Below, one piece after another: positions 49,660 to 63,580 of a DNA stretch of 64,000 nt. The stretch comes from Heterodontus francisci. Its lineage: Eukaryota. Below the pieces are notes generated by a model, which did not search any database, was not told the origin of the DNA, and worked only from the letters and a program-made list of their open reading frames with translations. The DNA is taken from assembly GCF_036365525.1 (NCBI RefSeq), contig NC_090378.1, positions 104,972,151 to 105,036,150 of the forward strand, written 5' to 3'. The translations under genes were made by a program, and so were the position numbers. How positions within the stretch are numbered: position 1 is the first letter of the stretch; each line of letters begins with the position of its first letter.

Positions 49660-51110
49660 AATACACTTTTTGTGAAAATGTGCTTTCTGATTTCATCCCT
49701 AAATGGCCTAGCTCCAATTTTATGACTGCCCCCTTGTTTTGGTAATAGTTTATCTGTATCTACTTTGTTGAATCCTTTGATCAATTTTATTACTCGTCAC
49801 CTTTCTGACCTCAGGGGAATACAAACGAAGTTTAGGCAACCTGGTCTTATAACTTAACTCTTTAAACCGAATCTGTGCTGTACATCCTCCAAGGCCAGTT
49901 TATATCCTTTCTGAGATACACTGCTCTAAAACAGCATACCATTGTTGGAGTACGATATGCAACGTTTTTCTATAAATTTATCGTTGCATATCATCTTTAA
50001 CACTCTGTACCTCATGCCAAAAAAAAACTATTCCATTAACTATTAATGGCCTAATCCACTTTTTGTGCAGGAGGTGGGGTTCCCAGCGTCGGGCGGAAAA
50101 GATGGGGGGAGCCCTGCCTCGGCCTTTTCTCACTCCCCTGGTGGATCCTTCGTTGTTACGGAGGTGACGTTTTCGGTGCCAGGACCCCTGTCCCTTTAAA
50201 GATGGGGATCCCGCCTCCAAGAGCTGCCGGCCAATCACAGGGCTGGCAGCTCAGCAGTATCGGCACTGCCGGTACTGCAGACGCCTCAGATCCAGGCCCA
50301 TCTCTAGCACCCTGGACCTCAGGTAAGTGAGGCTGGGTTGCCAGGGCCATTCCAGAAGGCTCAGCGAGGGGGCGTCGGGGTGTTGGTCGTGAAGTCCGGG
50401 GAGCGGGGGGTGGTCCTGGGAGGTGCATTGTTTCCTGGCCAGCACCCTCAGTGAGCCACAGATTGCCCATGGAGGAGAGAGCCCACCTCCCACGCTTGCA
50501 GGGGGCGGGGAAATGTGCCTTGTTTTACAAGGCATCTTCCCTGCATAGCTGAGGGCCCCCTCCTCCCCGCCTGCCGCTGTTAAGATTCCAGTGGTGGGGG
50601 TAAGAGGCCCTTAAGTGGCCATGAATAGGCCACTTTAGGGTCTCAACTGGCCTCTGGGTGGGAAGGCCATCGTCGGCCTAACCCGCCCCCAAGAAAATCT
50701 CTTGGCGATGGACCCTCCAACCCCCTGCCCCCTCACCACCCATTGTGATTCTCCATGCTCCCCCACTTCCGACCCTGCCTCAGGGGAGCCCATAAAATCA
50801 AGCCCAACATGTTGATGTCAGTGTATTTTAAAACTGAACCCCCCCAAATCCCTCTGCTCTTCCACTTCACTTGGCCTTCCCCTGAAGTATAACAACTTTT
50901 ATTTTAAGCAAAATGTACCACCTCACAATTTCTGATGTTAAATTCCATTTGCCTATTTTGTGCCCACTACCCCCATATTATCAAAATTCTCTCCAGCAAT
51001 TTTCTTTGGCCCTCAGAACTATTTACTGTCCCTCCTATTTTACTACTGTGTGCAATTCAGTACACAACTGCCTCCAGCCCTCTATCCAAATCACTGATGT
51101 ACATAGTTTA
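49660..51110 (-). mobile_element. Highly decayed CR1 fragment interrupted by a MITE
   Basis: Degenerate CR1 motifs (tctgtatctac, tcctccaaggcca, aaattccatttgcc, tccaaatcactgatgta) on both sides of 50048-50804. Confidence 0.55.
50048..50804. mobile_element. GC-rich Harbinger-like MITE
   Basis: Colinear with 12407-14559 minus its LINE insert; right end cccataaaatcaagcc. Confidence 0.72.
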
Positions 51111-51929
51111 CAGAAGCAAACCAGATTTCAATTGGTAAATTCAAAGTACCAGCTACTCACTCGTATTTTATGATCAATTTTTATCTTTCTTATCTTACCA
51201 AACATCAGTTGAGGACATCAATTGGGCTCCAAAGGTCCTGCTTTGTTTTGGCAGCTCAGTAATGTCTGACTCATTGGAAGGTTGGGCTTGATTGCACCTT
51301 GGGCGCCTAAAACCCAATCTCCAGTACAGTGGATGTTTTCACTCCCTCTCCTTTTACTGTTCCTTCAGTATTTTAACAATCTCCTCTGGCACGACCATGA
51401 ACAAGGCTGATAGTGATCACCTACTAACATACTTCTGGATGGGTAGACTATAGCATTGAAGGTGCCCATGGATTAAACTATGTTATGGCATTTTCTGTGT
51501 GACAGAGTAGGGATTTAGAACCTGAATTTGGTGGGTGGGTGGAAAGAACATACTATTAAAAGTGCTTATTAGGTATACAAGTATAGGACTTATTGTGAAT
51601 ACAATGAACTGGGATTCAGTGTGACCAAGAGTAGCGTGCGACAAATTATTGATTGTGCAAGTCACAGGTTGAAGCCATTTGATATAGCTTATGTCAATGT
51701 ATCGCACATTTATAACCACTGTCAAAAAGATTTTTCATGAAATAGCATCCCTTGAAGTGATCGCTTGTTCTAACCAAGTCATTACTAGTTATTACCCCAT
51801 CAACATTCTTCTTCCAAATTTTACATCTCAGTCTATTCATATTTCTTACCATATTTTAATTGGTACATGGAGACTGGTGAGGTGATTTATACGAAGACCT
51901 TGTTGATAAAATGGTGCCTATTGCAGCAA

Positions 51930-53653
51930 TTTACAGCACAGAAGGAGGCCATTTGGCCCATCATGCCTGTGCCAGCCAAGAAACAGCTATCCACCTAATA
52001 CCACTTTGAGGCTCTTGACCTGTAGCTCTGTAGGTTATGGCACTTCAAGTGCACATCCAAGTCCTTTTTAATTGCAATGAGAGTTTCTGCCTCTATCACC
52101 CTTTCAGTCAGTGAATTCCAGACCCCACCACCCTTTGGGTGAAAGGATTTCTCCTCAACTAACCTTTAATTCTTCTGCCAATTACTTTAAATCTATGACC
52201 CTGGTTATTGGCCTCTCTGCGAAGGGAAATAGGCCCTTCCTGTCCATGTTATCTAGGCCGCTCAAAATTTTATACATCTCTCTTCAGCCTCTTCTGTTCC
52301 AAAGAAAACAATGCCAGCCTATCCAACCTTTCCTCATAGCTGAAATTCTCCAGTCCTGGCAACATCCTTGTAAATCTCCTCTGTACCTTCTCCAGTGCGA
52401 TCACATCCTTCCTGTAATGTGGTGACCAGAACTGTGTAAGATTTGATTCAGGAGTCACAGATTATCCAAAAAATGGGATCAAAGACATAGGTGCTTTTAA
52501 AGTAGTTTATTAAGAAGCAGAATTTAAATATGATGATACAAAAGCTAAATAGACAGAAAAGACATACGACCATGACAGGTTGAGCGGTTTACCGTTCCCA
52601 GATCGTACGGTGGGGCAGAACTGTGGTGGTAGTCTCTCCGACGGATGAGGCAGACAAGGTGTTGGTGTTCTCTTTGGTCCTCAGGATCCTCAGTCTTCTT
52701 GAGCTAACCAAATTGTTAGGCAGAAGCCAGCATAGACTCCACTTTGAGAAGCTCCCCTTCTTTCCTTCTGTCCAAAGAAGACTGACTATTTCCCTCCTGA
52801 GCGTTTATATGCTTTATATCTAAGGTCTAATAAGTGTCTCTTTGTCAATCACTTGTCCAACTCCAATCGCCCAATCATCAAGGGACAGGTACTCAAAGTA
52901 AACACCTCCCATGCCCATCACTCTGCCCCTGAAATCATCTTGTGGCTTATCGCTGGCTTGGTACCATTTGTAAACGTCTGCCAGACACTGTCTAGAGATG
53001 GTACGAGGCTCCATCTTGTCAACTTTGGGAATGTCTTGTTTCAGAGCCTGTGTTAGAGTCATGTCCTTGGCAAAGATAACAGGCCTATGCTGTCCTGTGT
53101 CTGTCAGCCCTGCAGACTGCTGTAGAATCTTTCCTATTTAGAGAGAGATAGAGCTATTTCTATAATATTCAATTCATTTTCTAAAGATTTCATAAGGTTA
53201 TTAGACATCCATTTCTTACAAGTGGATGCAATACTCTGGCTGTAGCCTATCCAGTGTTTTATACAGCTTTAGCTTAACTTTGCTGCACTTATACTCTATG
53301 GCTAATAAAGGAAAGTATTCCATATGCCTTCTTAACCACCAAGGTCCCTCTGTTGCTCTACACTTCTCAGTATTCTACCATTTATTACGTATTCCCTTGC
53401 CTTATTTAACCTCCCCAAATGTATTACCTCACACTTCTCTGGATTGAATTCCATTTGCCACTTTTCTGTCCACCTGACTAGTCCATTGATATCTTCCTAC
53501 AGTCTACAGCTTTCATTCTCACTATCAATCACAAGGCCAATTTTTGTTTCGTCTGCAAACTTTATAATCATGACCCTCTATATTTAAGTCTAAATCACTG
53601 ATCTGTCCTCCAAAAAGCAAGAAGCCTAATACTGAGCCCCACCGAACACCACT
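51930..53653 (-). mobile_element. CR1 3' fragment split by a solo LTR
   Basis: QFWSPHYRKDVIALEKVQRRFTRMLPG on minus; ggtgaccagaactg|LTR|agtggatgcaatactc continuity. Confidence 0.8.
52435..53220 (-). mobile_element. Solo LTR (786 bp)
   Basis: TGTAAGA...TCTTACA termini; 4-bp flanks actg/agtg (one mismatch); reverse-strand AATAAA (~52507) and TATA-like (~52804) suggest minus orientation. Confidence 0.78.
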
Positions 53654-53654
53654 T

Positions 53655-56600
53655 ACATATGAACATACATATGAATTAGGAGCAGGAGTAGGCCACTCGG
53701 CCCCTCGAGCCTGCTCCGCCATTCAATAAGATCATGGCTGATCTGATGGTAACCTCAACTCCATATTCTTGCCTACCCCCAAAAACCTTTCACCCCTTTG
53801 CTTATCAAGAATCTATCTACCTCTGCCTTAAAAATATTCAAAAAATCTGCTTTCACTGCCTTTTGAGGAGGAGAGTTCCAAAGACTCATGAACCTCTGAG
53901 AGAAAAAATTTCTCCTTATCTCTGTCTTAAATGGATGACCCCTAATTTTAAACAGTGACTCCTAGTTCTAGGTTCTCCCACAAGAGGAAACATCCTTTTC
54001 ACATCCACCCTGTCAAGACCCCTCAGGATCTTATATGTTTTAATCAAGTCGCCTCTTACTCTTCTAAACTCCAGCAGGTACAAGTTTAGCCTGTACAAAA
54101 TTTCCTCATAAGACAGCCCACCCATTCCAGGTATTAGTCTAGTAAACCTTCTGTGAACTGCTTCCAACGCATTTACATCCTTCCTTAATAAGGAGACCAA
54201 TACTGTACACAGTACTTCAGATGTCGTCTCACCAATGCCCCGTATAACTGAAGCATAACCTCCCTACTTTTGTATTCAATTTCCTTTGCAATAAATGATA
54301 ACATTCTCTTAGCTGTTTCTAATCACTTGCGGTGCCTGTATACTAACCTTCTGTGACTCATGCACTAGGACACCCAGATCTCTCTGCAGCTCAGAGCTCT
54401 GCAATCTCTCACCATTTAGATAAAATGCTTCTTTTTTATTTTTCTTGCCAAAATGGACAAGTTCACATTTTCCCACATTACACTCCATTTGCCAGATCTT
54501 TGCCCACTCACTTAACCTGTCTATATCCCTTTGTAGCCTTCTGATGACCTCATCACAACTTACTTTCCTACGTATCTTCGTGTCATCAGCAACCATACCT
54601 TCGGTCCTGTCATCCAAATCATTTATATAAATTGTAAAAAACTGAGGCCCCAGCACTGATTCCTGTGGCACACCACTCGTTACATCTTGTCAACCAGAAA
54701 ATGACCCATTTATGTCTACTCTCTGTTTTCTGTTAGCTAGTCAATCTTCTATCCATACCAAAATGTTACCCCCTACACCATGAGCTTTTATTTTCTGCAA
54801 TAACCTTTGATGTAGCACCTTAACAAATGCCTTCAGGAAATCTAAGTACAGTACATCCACCGATTCCCCTTTATTCACAGCACATGTTGCTTCTTCAAAG
54901 AACTCCAATAAACTGGCTAAGCATGATTTCCCTTTCACAAAACCATGTTGACTCTGCCTGATTACCTTGAATTTTTCTAAGTGTCCTGCTATAACATCAT
55001 TAATAATAGCTTCTAACATTTTCCCTATGACAGATGTTAAGCTAACTGACCTGTAGTTTCCTGCTTTCTGTCTCCCTCCCTTTTTGAACAAAGGAGTTAC
55101 ATTGGCCATTTTCCAATCTAACGGAACCTTCCCCGAAACTAGAGAATTTTGGAAAATTAAAACCAATGCATCAACTATCTCACTAGCCACTTCTTTTAAA
55201 ACCCTAGGATGAAGTCCATCAGGACCTGGAGACTTTTCAGCCCGCAGATCCAACGATTTTCTCAGTACCACTTCCTTGGTGATTGTAATTTTCTTGAGTT
55301 CCTCCCTCTCTTCCATTTCCTGATTTACAGCTATATCTGGGATGTTACTTGTATCCTCTATGGTGAAGACTGATGCTAAATTCATCTGCCATCTCCTTAT
55401 TTTCCATTATTAATTCCCCGACTCACTTTCTATAGGACCAACACTCATTTTGTTAACTCATCTTTTTCAAAATATCTATAGAAACTCTTACTGCCTGTTT
55501 TTATATTTCTAGCTATCTTTCTCTCGTACTCTAATTTTTCCCTCCTTATTAATCTTTTAGTCAGTCTTTGCTGTTTTTTTAATATTCTGTCCATCTTCTG
55601 ACCTGTCACCCATCTTTCCATAATTATATGCTTTTTCTTTAAGTTAGATACTATCTTTATAACTTTTTTAGTTAACCACGAGTGGTGGGTCCTCCCCTTG
55701 GAATTTTTCTTTTTCGTTGGAATGTATCTATTGTGTGTGTTCTGGCATTTCCCCTTAAATGTCTGCCTTAAACTTCAGCTCTATTGACCTATCCCTTAAC
55801 CTAATTTGCCAGTTCAATTTAGCTAGCTCTGCTTTCATGCCCTCATAATTTCCCTTATTTAAGTTTAAAATACTAGTCTTAGACTCACTCTTCTCTCCCT
55901 CAAACTGAACGTAAAATTCAATCATATTATGATCACTGCTGCCTAGGGGTGTCTTCACTATGAGGTCATTAATTAATCTTATCTTGTTGCACAATACCAG
56001 GTCTAGTATAGCCTGTTCTCTGGTTGGCTCCAGAATGTGCTGCTCTAAGAAACTATCCCGAAAATATTCTATGAACTCCTCATCTAGGCTATCTTTGCCC
56101 ATCTGATTTTTCCAGGTTGTATGTAGATTAAAATCCCCCATGATTACCACAGTACCTTTCTGACAAGCTCCCATTATTTCTTTCTTTATACTCCATCTTA
56201 CCACTTGGTTACTGTTAGGTGGCCTGTACACCACTTCCACAAGTGACCTCTTGCCTTTATCATTTCTCATCTCGATCCAAATAGCTTCTGCATCCTGTTT
56301 TCTGAACTTAGGTCATCCCTCTCTATTGCGTTAATTAATAATGATTAATTAACAGAGACACTCCTCCACCTTTTCCTAGCTTCCTGTTCTTCCTAAATGT
56401 CATGTAACCTTCAATATTCAGGTGCCAATCTATGCCATCCTGCAGCCATGTCTCTGTAATGGCTATCAGATTGTACTTATTTACTCCTATTTGTGCTATC
56501 AGTTCATCTGTTTTGTTTTGAATGCGACTTGCATTCAGATACAATGCCTTTAGTTTGTCCTTTTATTATTTTTGTAAGCCGTATCTGCTGATTTATTCTT

Positions 56601-57620
56601 AGATTTGTACTCTCTGCTTCTTCCTGTCACAGTCTGTTTATCATTGCGAATATTAATACCTTTTCTCTCTTGCCTTGTCTCTACTCTTTGATTTACAACA
56701 TCTTCCCAAATTTGATCCCTTGCCCCCACTATTAGTTTAAAACCCTCTCTACCTCCATAATTATGCAGCTCTCTGGAACACTGGTCCCAGCACAGTTCAG
56801 GTGTAGACCGTCCCAACAGTGCAGCCTCCATTTTCCCCTGTACTGGTGCCAGTGACCCACGAACCAGAACCCACTTCTCCCACGCCAGTCTTTCAGCCAT
56901 GAATTCATTTCTCTGATCTTATTTGCCCAATTTGCGCATGACTTTGAGGTTCTGCTTCTTAATTTGGTCCCTAGCTCCTCATACTAGCTATGCAGAAGCT
57001 CTTTCCTTGTCCTGTCTATATCGTTGGTACCTACATGGACCACAATGACTGGATCCTCCCCCTCCCACTGTAAGTTCCTCTCCAGCTCTGAGCAGATATC
57101 CTGAACCCTGGCACTGGGCAGGCAACACAGCCTTCTGGACTCTCACTCTTGGCCACAGAGAACTGTGTCTATCCACCTGATTATACTGTCTCCTACTACC
57201 ACTACATTCCTATTAACTCCCCCCGCTTGAATGGCTTCCTGTACCACAGTGCCATGGTCAGTTTGCTCATCCACCCTGCAGCCCTCGCTCTCATCTATAC
57301 AAGCTGAAAGAACCTCAAACCTGCTGGACAATTGCAAGGCCTGTGTCTGCTCCACTTCTTCCTTCTTGATCCCTTACCTGCCTCACTTGCAGTCACACCC
57401 CCCTGTCCCTGACCAAATTAGAAAACCGTATCCTATGGGGCGTGACAGCCTTCTGGAACAAACTGTCCAGGTAACTTTTCCCCTCTCTGATGCATCACAG
57501 TATCTGTAGCTCGGCCTCCAGCTCATCTGCTCTGAGCCAAAGCTCCTCGAGTTGCAGCCATGTTTGCCGTGGATCACACTGGCGTCCACCAGCTCTCACA
57601 TACTGCAGTTGCAACACTTG
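53655..57620 (-). mobile_element. Near full-length CR1 LINE (ORF1 + ORF2), decayed
   Basis: Minus ORFs [56 protein letters not shown]; same subfamily as 41850-45997. Confidence 0.92.
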
Positions 57621-58899
57621 AAACAGCATTCCAGTCAAATATGTCCCTCAGAACATTGCAATTCCCGAGTTGCTGGAAAGGTCTCGAGCGTGGGAAAATT
57701 TGTCCAATGGAGAACAGTCGGAAGCAAGTCAAAAGGCAAATCAACGCCTGTGATGGTTAAAACAAGTTGTCAGCCAAGAGCTGAGGCCAGGTGCTCAGTC
57801 ACAAAGCAATACATTGTACAGGTGAAACTAAGGACAGGGTTGAGTGAAAGGAATAATTAAAGAAAGTGTTTCTGTAAACCAGCAGCCTAAAGTAAAGTTC
57901 ATCTGATTTCACAGCAGCTGCACAGTCTATTACGCAACAAAATAATAAGCTTATTTCTAGGAATATGAGAGAAAGCTGGTCACAGATATATACTCTGCAA
58001 TCTGTTAAGAATTAGGAAAACCCAAAAGTCAAGAGCAATAATAAACATCCTAATCTCTGATCAATGATGGGATAAAATCCTAGGTACTATGTAACAAAAC
58101 CATCCCAGTAGAACCAACTGCAGAAAACTATGTGAACTGATTCTGATTTTACTGATGTCTTCACTTTGGTATGGATTTAACTAGTTCACTGGACTCACAG
58201 TAAATGGCTTACCTTTCTGCGATCAACAGAACTTTATCTTTCTCCCCGCTGTTCCTGCAAATTGCACCGTCCTTATCCCATTCAGGACTTTTCCTGTCTC
58301 CAAACTAACCTCCTCAGCCAGCAGCACTGGCCAACAAGCCAACAAGGAAGGAACTTCCTTGACAGCAGAGATTAAATCTGCCCCCCTCTGGATAGGAAAA
58401 CTGACACTTTTTCTAGAATTACTGGGTACAACAGGAAAGACACCATTCAGAGGCAAAATGCTTTGAATGCGAATCCAACTATTTATTTATAGAACTTTGA
58501 GTTATAATATTGGAGGTTGAGATTCTACCTTGAATGAGAATCCTAGTGATCTGTGGTTCAAGGGGAGAATTCAGCTCAAATACAAATCTAGTATTTCACC
58601 ATTAGAGCCATACTCCTCTGATCAGGAAGTTCCACTTTGCATTGAATGGGAGTTCGATACTGTAGTACCAGTAGCCCTCTGGACCAGAGTCCAGTTCTGG
58701 AGCACTACAGCTAAGTTTTTGCATTAACGGCATACGAGTGTACACGTCTATTACAGTCACATCTATACAGTCTATCACAGTCTATTACAAAATAACCAAA
58801 ATGTGAAGACATTTTCCTCAACTACACAACTTCCAAGGTAATGATATTGGCAGTACAAATGCATTGTGCTGCACAAACCTCCAGTAGTATATTAACTCT

Positions 58900-59230
58900 A
58901 TATCATCCTTTCTGTGTCCTCTAGATATCCACCTTTCAGCCAGTGGAAATAGTTTATCCCTATTTACTCTCTCAAAACCCCTCCCAATCTCGAAGACCTC
59001 TCTTAAATCTTCCCATAACTATCTCTGCTTGAAGGAGAACAATCCCAGCTTCTCTATTCTCTCTACATAATTGAAGCCTCTTATCCTTGGTACCACTCTA
59101 GCGAATCTCCTCTGCACCCTCTCCAAGGCCTTGACATCCTTCCTAAGTGTGGTGACCAGAAATGGACAGAATACTCCAGCGGAAATCTAACCTTTATTTA
59201 TAAAGAGGTAGCATAACAAGCTTGCTTTTT
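58900..59230 (-). mobile_element. Old CR1 fragment
   Basis: aaggagaacaatcccagcttctc...ctgcaccctctccaaggccttgacatccttcc...ggtgaccaga. Confidence 0.75.
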
Positions 59231-59926
59231 CTCTTTTTCAGTAAGGTACAAATACAGAGACACAGCACTAGACACGGATGAACGGACTATTGGCTCTTTG
59301 TCTTGACATCATGGAGGTAACTGTAACCCAGCCTGTTAGGTGGGAGCTAACAGGATCAGATCAGCTGCCCATTTTGTCTTTCCACTGACTGCGAGAGAAG
59401 AATATTGGGTGGGATGTAAATCGAGTGCTCAAACTATCCCCAATGTCTCTTTTTACTTAAGCTTAAATTTATGTTAAACATAGGACAGCGAGTAGGTTAT
59501 GGTCTAGATTCTCCTATTAGTGATCATGGAAGTGAAAGACAAGATTAAAGAACATAGGTGGAGCTGTTGAGAAGGCAGCAGCATATGCACAAGCACTGAG
59601 TGGGAGGGGGAAAGGGTGGGAGGGTGTAGGGGAGAGATGAGGGAGCTAAGTTTCCTTCCTCTGAAATTTTTTGGCGTAGTTATATTCCTCTCCCAAATCC
59701 GAGAATTGCCCCTGATGTTTCCCTTAACTTTCAGCATGCGAGTGCATCTATAGACAGCAGAACTGTTGAGGGCACTAACATGACCATCAGACTAAACGCA
59801 AAGGCTGATACTCAGATTATGCTTGCCCGTAGACCTTTATCACACAGTCGAACAGACACAGACGTGACCTAGCTCTAGGTAACTGCTGTCTGTCAAGCTG
59901 ATGAAAAGAAGGATCTAGAAATTCAG

Positions 59927-60790
59927 GGCTGAATTTTTTGTGCCCGCCGCTGAGCCACCGCAATCTTTCGTGCAGTGGCTCATTTAAATAGCCAGGGTGG
60001 GATGCCCCGATCACGTGCAAGGGCAGGCTGTCGGTCCCCGCAATGGCATCAGCTGCCTGTGCGCAGGCACTGATGCCGGTTTTAAAGGGCTGTCAGCCCT
60101 ACTGGGAAATTTTAATATTTAAAGGTGACATTAATAAAAATAAATACATTTCTTTTGCCCCTCCCACCCCCCAATAACAATTAAATTAATTATTTGCCCT
60201 TTCCACCCCAAAATCACTTACCTTTACAATTTGACCATCCCCCCCTAAAACTGCACAAACTTTCAACCACAACCCTTCCCACCATCCCCTACACCCATGA
60301 TGTTAACTTGGCCCCATTCCCCCCACCACACTGATAAACCTACCTCCCCATCCCCCCTCACCCCCTCCCCACCACCTCCCCACCAGTGTGGTGCCTCATT
60401 TCCCCGGATGGGGATCCTTTTTTTCCATTCATTCATGGGATGTGGCCAAAGCTGGCCAGGCCAACATTTATTGCCCAGCCTTAATTGCCCTTGAAAAGGC
60501 ATGGGAGCGCCGGCCATTGGGCTGAAGATCGCAGCGGGACATCAGGCAGCGACGTGAGTTTCATTAATTAATTCATTTTAATTTATTTAAATATTCAAAT
60601 TGGGGTCCCGCCACCGAGCGGCGGAGGGGCCATCACACGGCCTTGCCACTGCCGGTAATATTGGCTGGGCCCTCCCGGCGTCAGAGTGCGCGGCGGCCCT
60701 CTCCGAGAGGCATCTTCAGGCACCCACCCCTCCCCCGCCCCCCCCCCACCGCCAGGGAACCCAACACCTGGGGGAGAACAAAATCCAGCC
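59927..60790. mobile_element. GC-rich Harbinger-like MITE, with a Zenon-family 3' tail (~60418-60500, minus) inside
   Basis: Termini ggctgaatttt / aaaatccagcc, preceded by cag; inverted homolog of 2349-3084. Confidence 0.78.
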
Positions 60791-63381
60791 CTCAATGTCT
60801 GAAGTTCAAACCCTAAATATGAGGGTCTGAGGACACCTGATAACAGAAGAGACTATATATTTCAATCAAACTAAAGAAGCATGATGACAGCAAAATGAAT
60901 TGATAGTAATTAACCCAGGCAAACTGAATAGTGATACTGATTAGAGCTAGAGAGAGAAAGGGTTACAGGACAGGGCAGTGTGTTATCGATTACAGCAGCC
61001 CTCCCACCCCACTGGTTGGACATCCTCGTGTCTGTTTCAATGCTTTAGATTACAAGGCTCTCTTGTCTCCCTTTATCAAGGATCATTGGCCATTTCCATT
61101 CGGTGTACGTCTGCACTGTGTTAGAAGGAATGCCCCCCTGAAAGTCCGAGCACTTCACCCCCAGCATACCTCTTTATATTAAAAGCATATGCATGCTATA
61201 TAGTGTCTGGAAACCTCATTAATAAATGGAAATTTTGGTGGGAGATGTTGGTAAATATCCTACTTGTGATATTGCTCCCCGGCACTGGGTTCCAGGAACC
61301 TGCTCTTGCAATCAAACAGAAGGCAAAAAATAAAATCCATTTGCTGGAAGTCTTACCCAGTTCCCTCACCCCGCCCCCGCCCCCACCCCCATGACAGCAG
61401 CATCATCATCAAGTCACAAAGTTGACCAGCACCCCTTCACATGTCACAGCTTTGTACAATGAAACGCGAAAAAGGACAGTAAGGTCATTGTGGCGGAGAG
61501 AGTACAGAATTGAAGTATTTTCAGCCCTCCACTTTGTTCTGCTCCTTGCCAGGATGCTATCACAAAGTTGGGACACAGCTTCACAGATGGCAACAGTCCT
61601 CACTCAACTCTTAACATATGATCCCTGAAAGAACTATTCACCTGCAGTGGACACCTGCCAATTCAATTCCTCTGCCAAAGTCTATAAACAACTTCCATTG
61701 CTACAGCACCTTTCAAGCCACACACTCACATGCACGCACACGCATGTGCTCACACATGCATACATGCACACAATGCATTTCATTCTCTCTGTCTCTTCAC
61801 CAGAAAGCAGCTAATAGTGAAACCAGCTGCAGCATCCCAGTAAACCCAATACTCCAGGCAGGGACAATTATCTGTTAAGTCCTTACTGGGAGCGTAGAAT
61901 GTAGACATATGTGAGCATGTAACATCAAATACAAAACTTCAAAAAGCTGAGAAAAAAACTATACCTCGTTTAGAAAATTCCATCCAGTCACTTCTACAGA
62001 ATAAAATGAACACTACTTTGAATAAATCTTGTTTTGGGAATTGAATTGATTAAAAAAATATCCAAGATGAATGGGCCTAGGCTTTCACCCTCACCCCTCC
62101 TGGAGTATCTGAGGCAGTTTCCCACTGTTTGCCCTCTTGGAGCACTGGATGCAAGAGTTGCCTATTGTCCAGCATTCAGCATTCTGAATTGGACAGAGGA
62201 TATCCCAGGACAAAAGGTGAAGAGCACTCCCACAGCATGGTCATGCATGGAAAATCATTCAAAAAAAAACCATTCACTAGCCACCTCTTTCTTCCACTAA
62301 GTCAGGTCCAAAAGGAGGTACAAGAGACAGCGACAAGAGAAGCAGTGAGAGAAAGGGAAGAGGAAAGAGGGAGAAAGAAAGCTGGATATGTATTCACAAT
62401 TGTGGAGGTTTAATGCAGGGAGCACATGTTGGTAAAATTACTCCTTCTGTTGGCATTGGAAAAAACTAGCAGTCAAGATAGTGTTGTGAACCTGCATTAT
62501 AAATGGTTGAAGGCTTGACTGCAGGTGTCAGCTTTCACATTTCTAGCATCTATATCTGACGTTCTAGTTACCAGGTCAGCATAGACTCTCTCTTGCTGTA
62601 CTGACCTACATGATTCCATCACATCGTGGCCTGTACTACTCAAGAAGATTTCAGTGATAAAAGACCACTGACCTGTTTCTAGCTCACTCCGGTTCTTCAG
62701 GTACATTTCCCCTTGTCTTGGCATAAAGTTAGTACATTTTCTGCTTCAAACATTGAAGATCCAATGAATTGACCACAATCTTCGAGTGCAATCTCAATGC
62801 TAATGCCCCTGGGCCTACATCTGTGGCCCTGTATTTCACATTCTAATTCCATCTTGTGCCTGCAGCTCTCTTCTGATGCTTGGATGTGTGCTTTGTGTAC
62901 AAGAACAAATGAAAAGTTTCTCTTCTCTTCCTCGTCTTGCTTTCCAGTTCCATGTTTACTTTAAGTGTTGAATAGTATGGACTGCAGATGTCTCTGTGAA
63001 TTCATTCGTGCTGCAAAATGCTATCTGCCAATGATGGAAGCCTTCCCGCTGGCCAGAACTGATCTGACCAGTTGTCCTTATCTCTGGAATGGGATGATGA
63101 ATTAATACATAATGCACTGTATATTGTTCTGACTGAGATCTTGTAAAATGTGGGGAGTGACGTTAAACAACCTTCGCATTAGTGAAGACTTGCACGCTCC
63201 TGGATTGGGAATCCAACACTGTGCTGCAAGTCAATGACCCCTCTGCAACAGTTCAGCCAAGTGCAAAGTAGATCTGGTGCATTTAGCAGCACAAGCAGTA
63301 ACAAAGAAGACACTGTGCATGTGCAAACACTCAGATTCACACACACAAACAACAACTTGTTTTTAAAGCTACTTTAACATA

Positions 63382-63580
63382 TGTCATGCTAGGCCCCCAG
63401 CTGCCAAGAATCAGGCACATTAATTTTGTCATGAACATTGATTTTAAACTGTTATTGGAGTGAGGGGAGCACTTGTTGAACAGATCAGCCATGGCTGCAA
63501 GGGACGTTTGCATATTGGCAGATGGTGTTTGGAAGGACAAAGCAGCCATTCCCTGACATTCAACCCACAATGGACATTTG
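63382..63580 (+). mobile_element. 5' part of an LTR related to 24289-25217
   Basis: tgtcatgctaggcccccagctgccaagaatcaggcacattaat vs tgttatgctagacccccacctgccaagaatgaggcatattaat. Confidence 0.8.

Noticed and set aside
61720-61772. Alternating purine-pyrimidine tract (Z-DNA)
   Set aside because: Ordinary degenerate (CA)n microsatellite.
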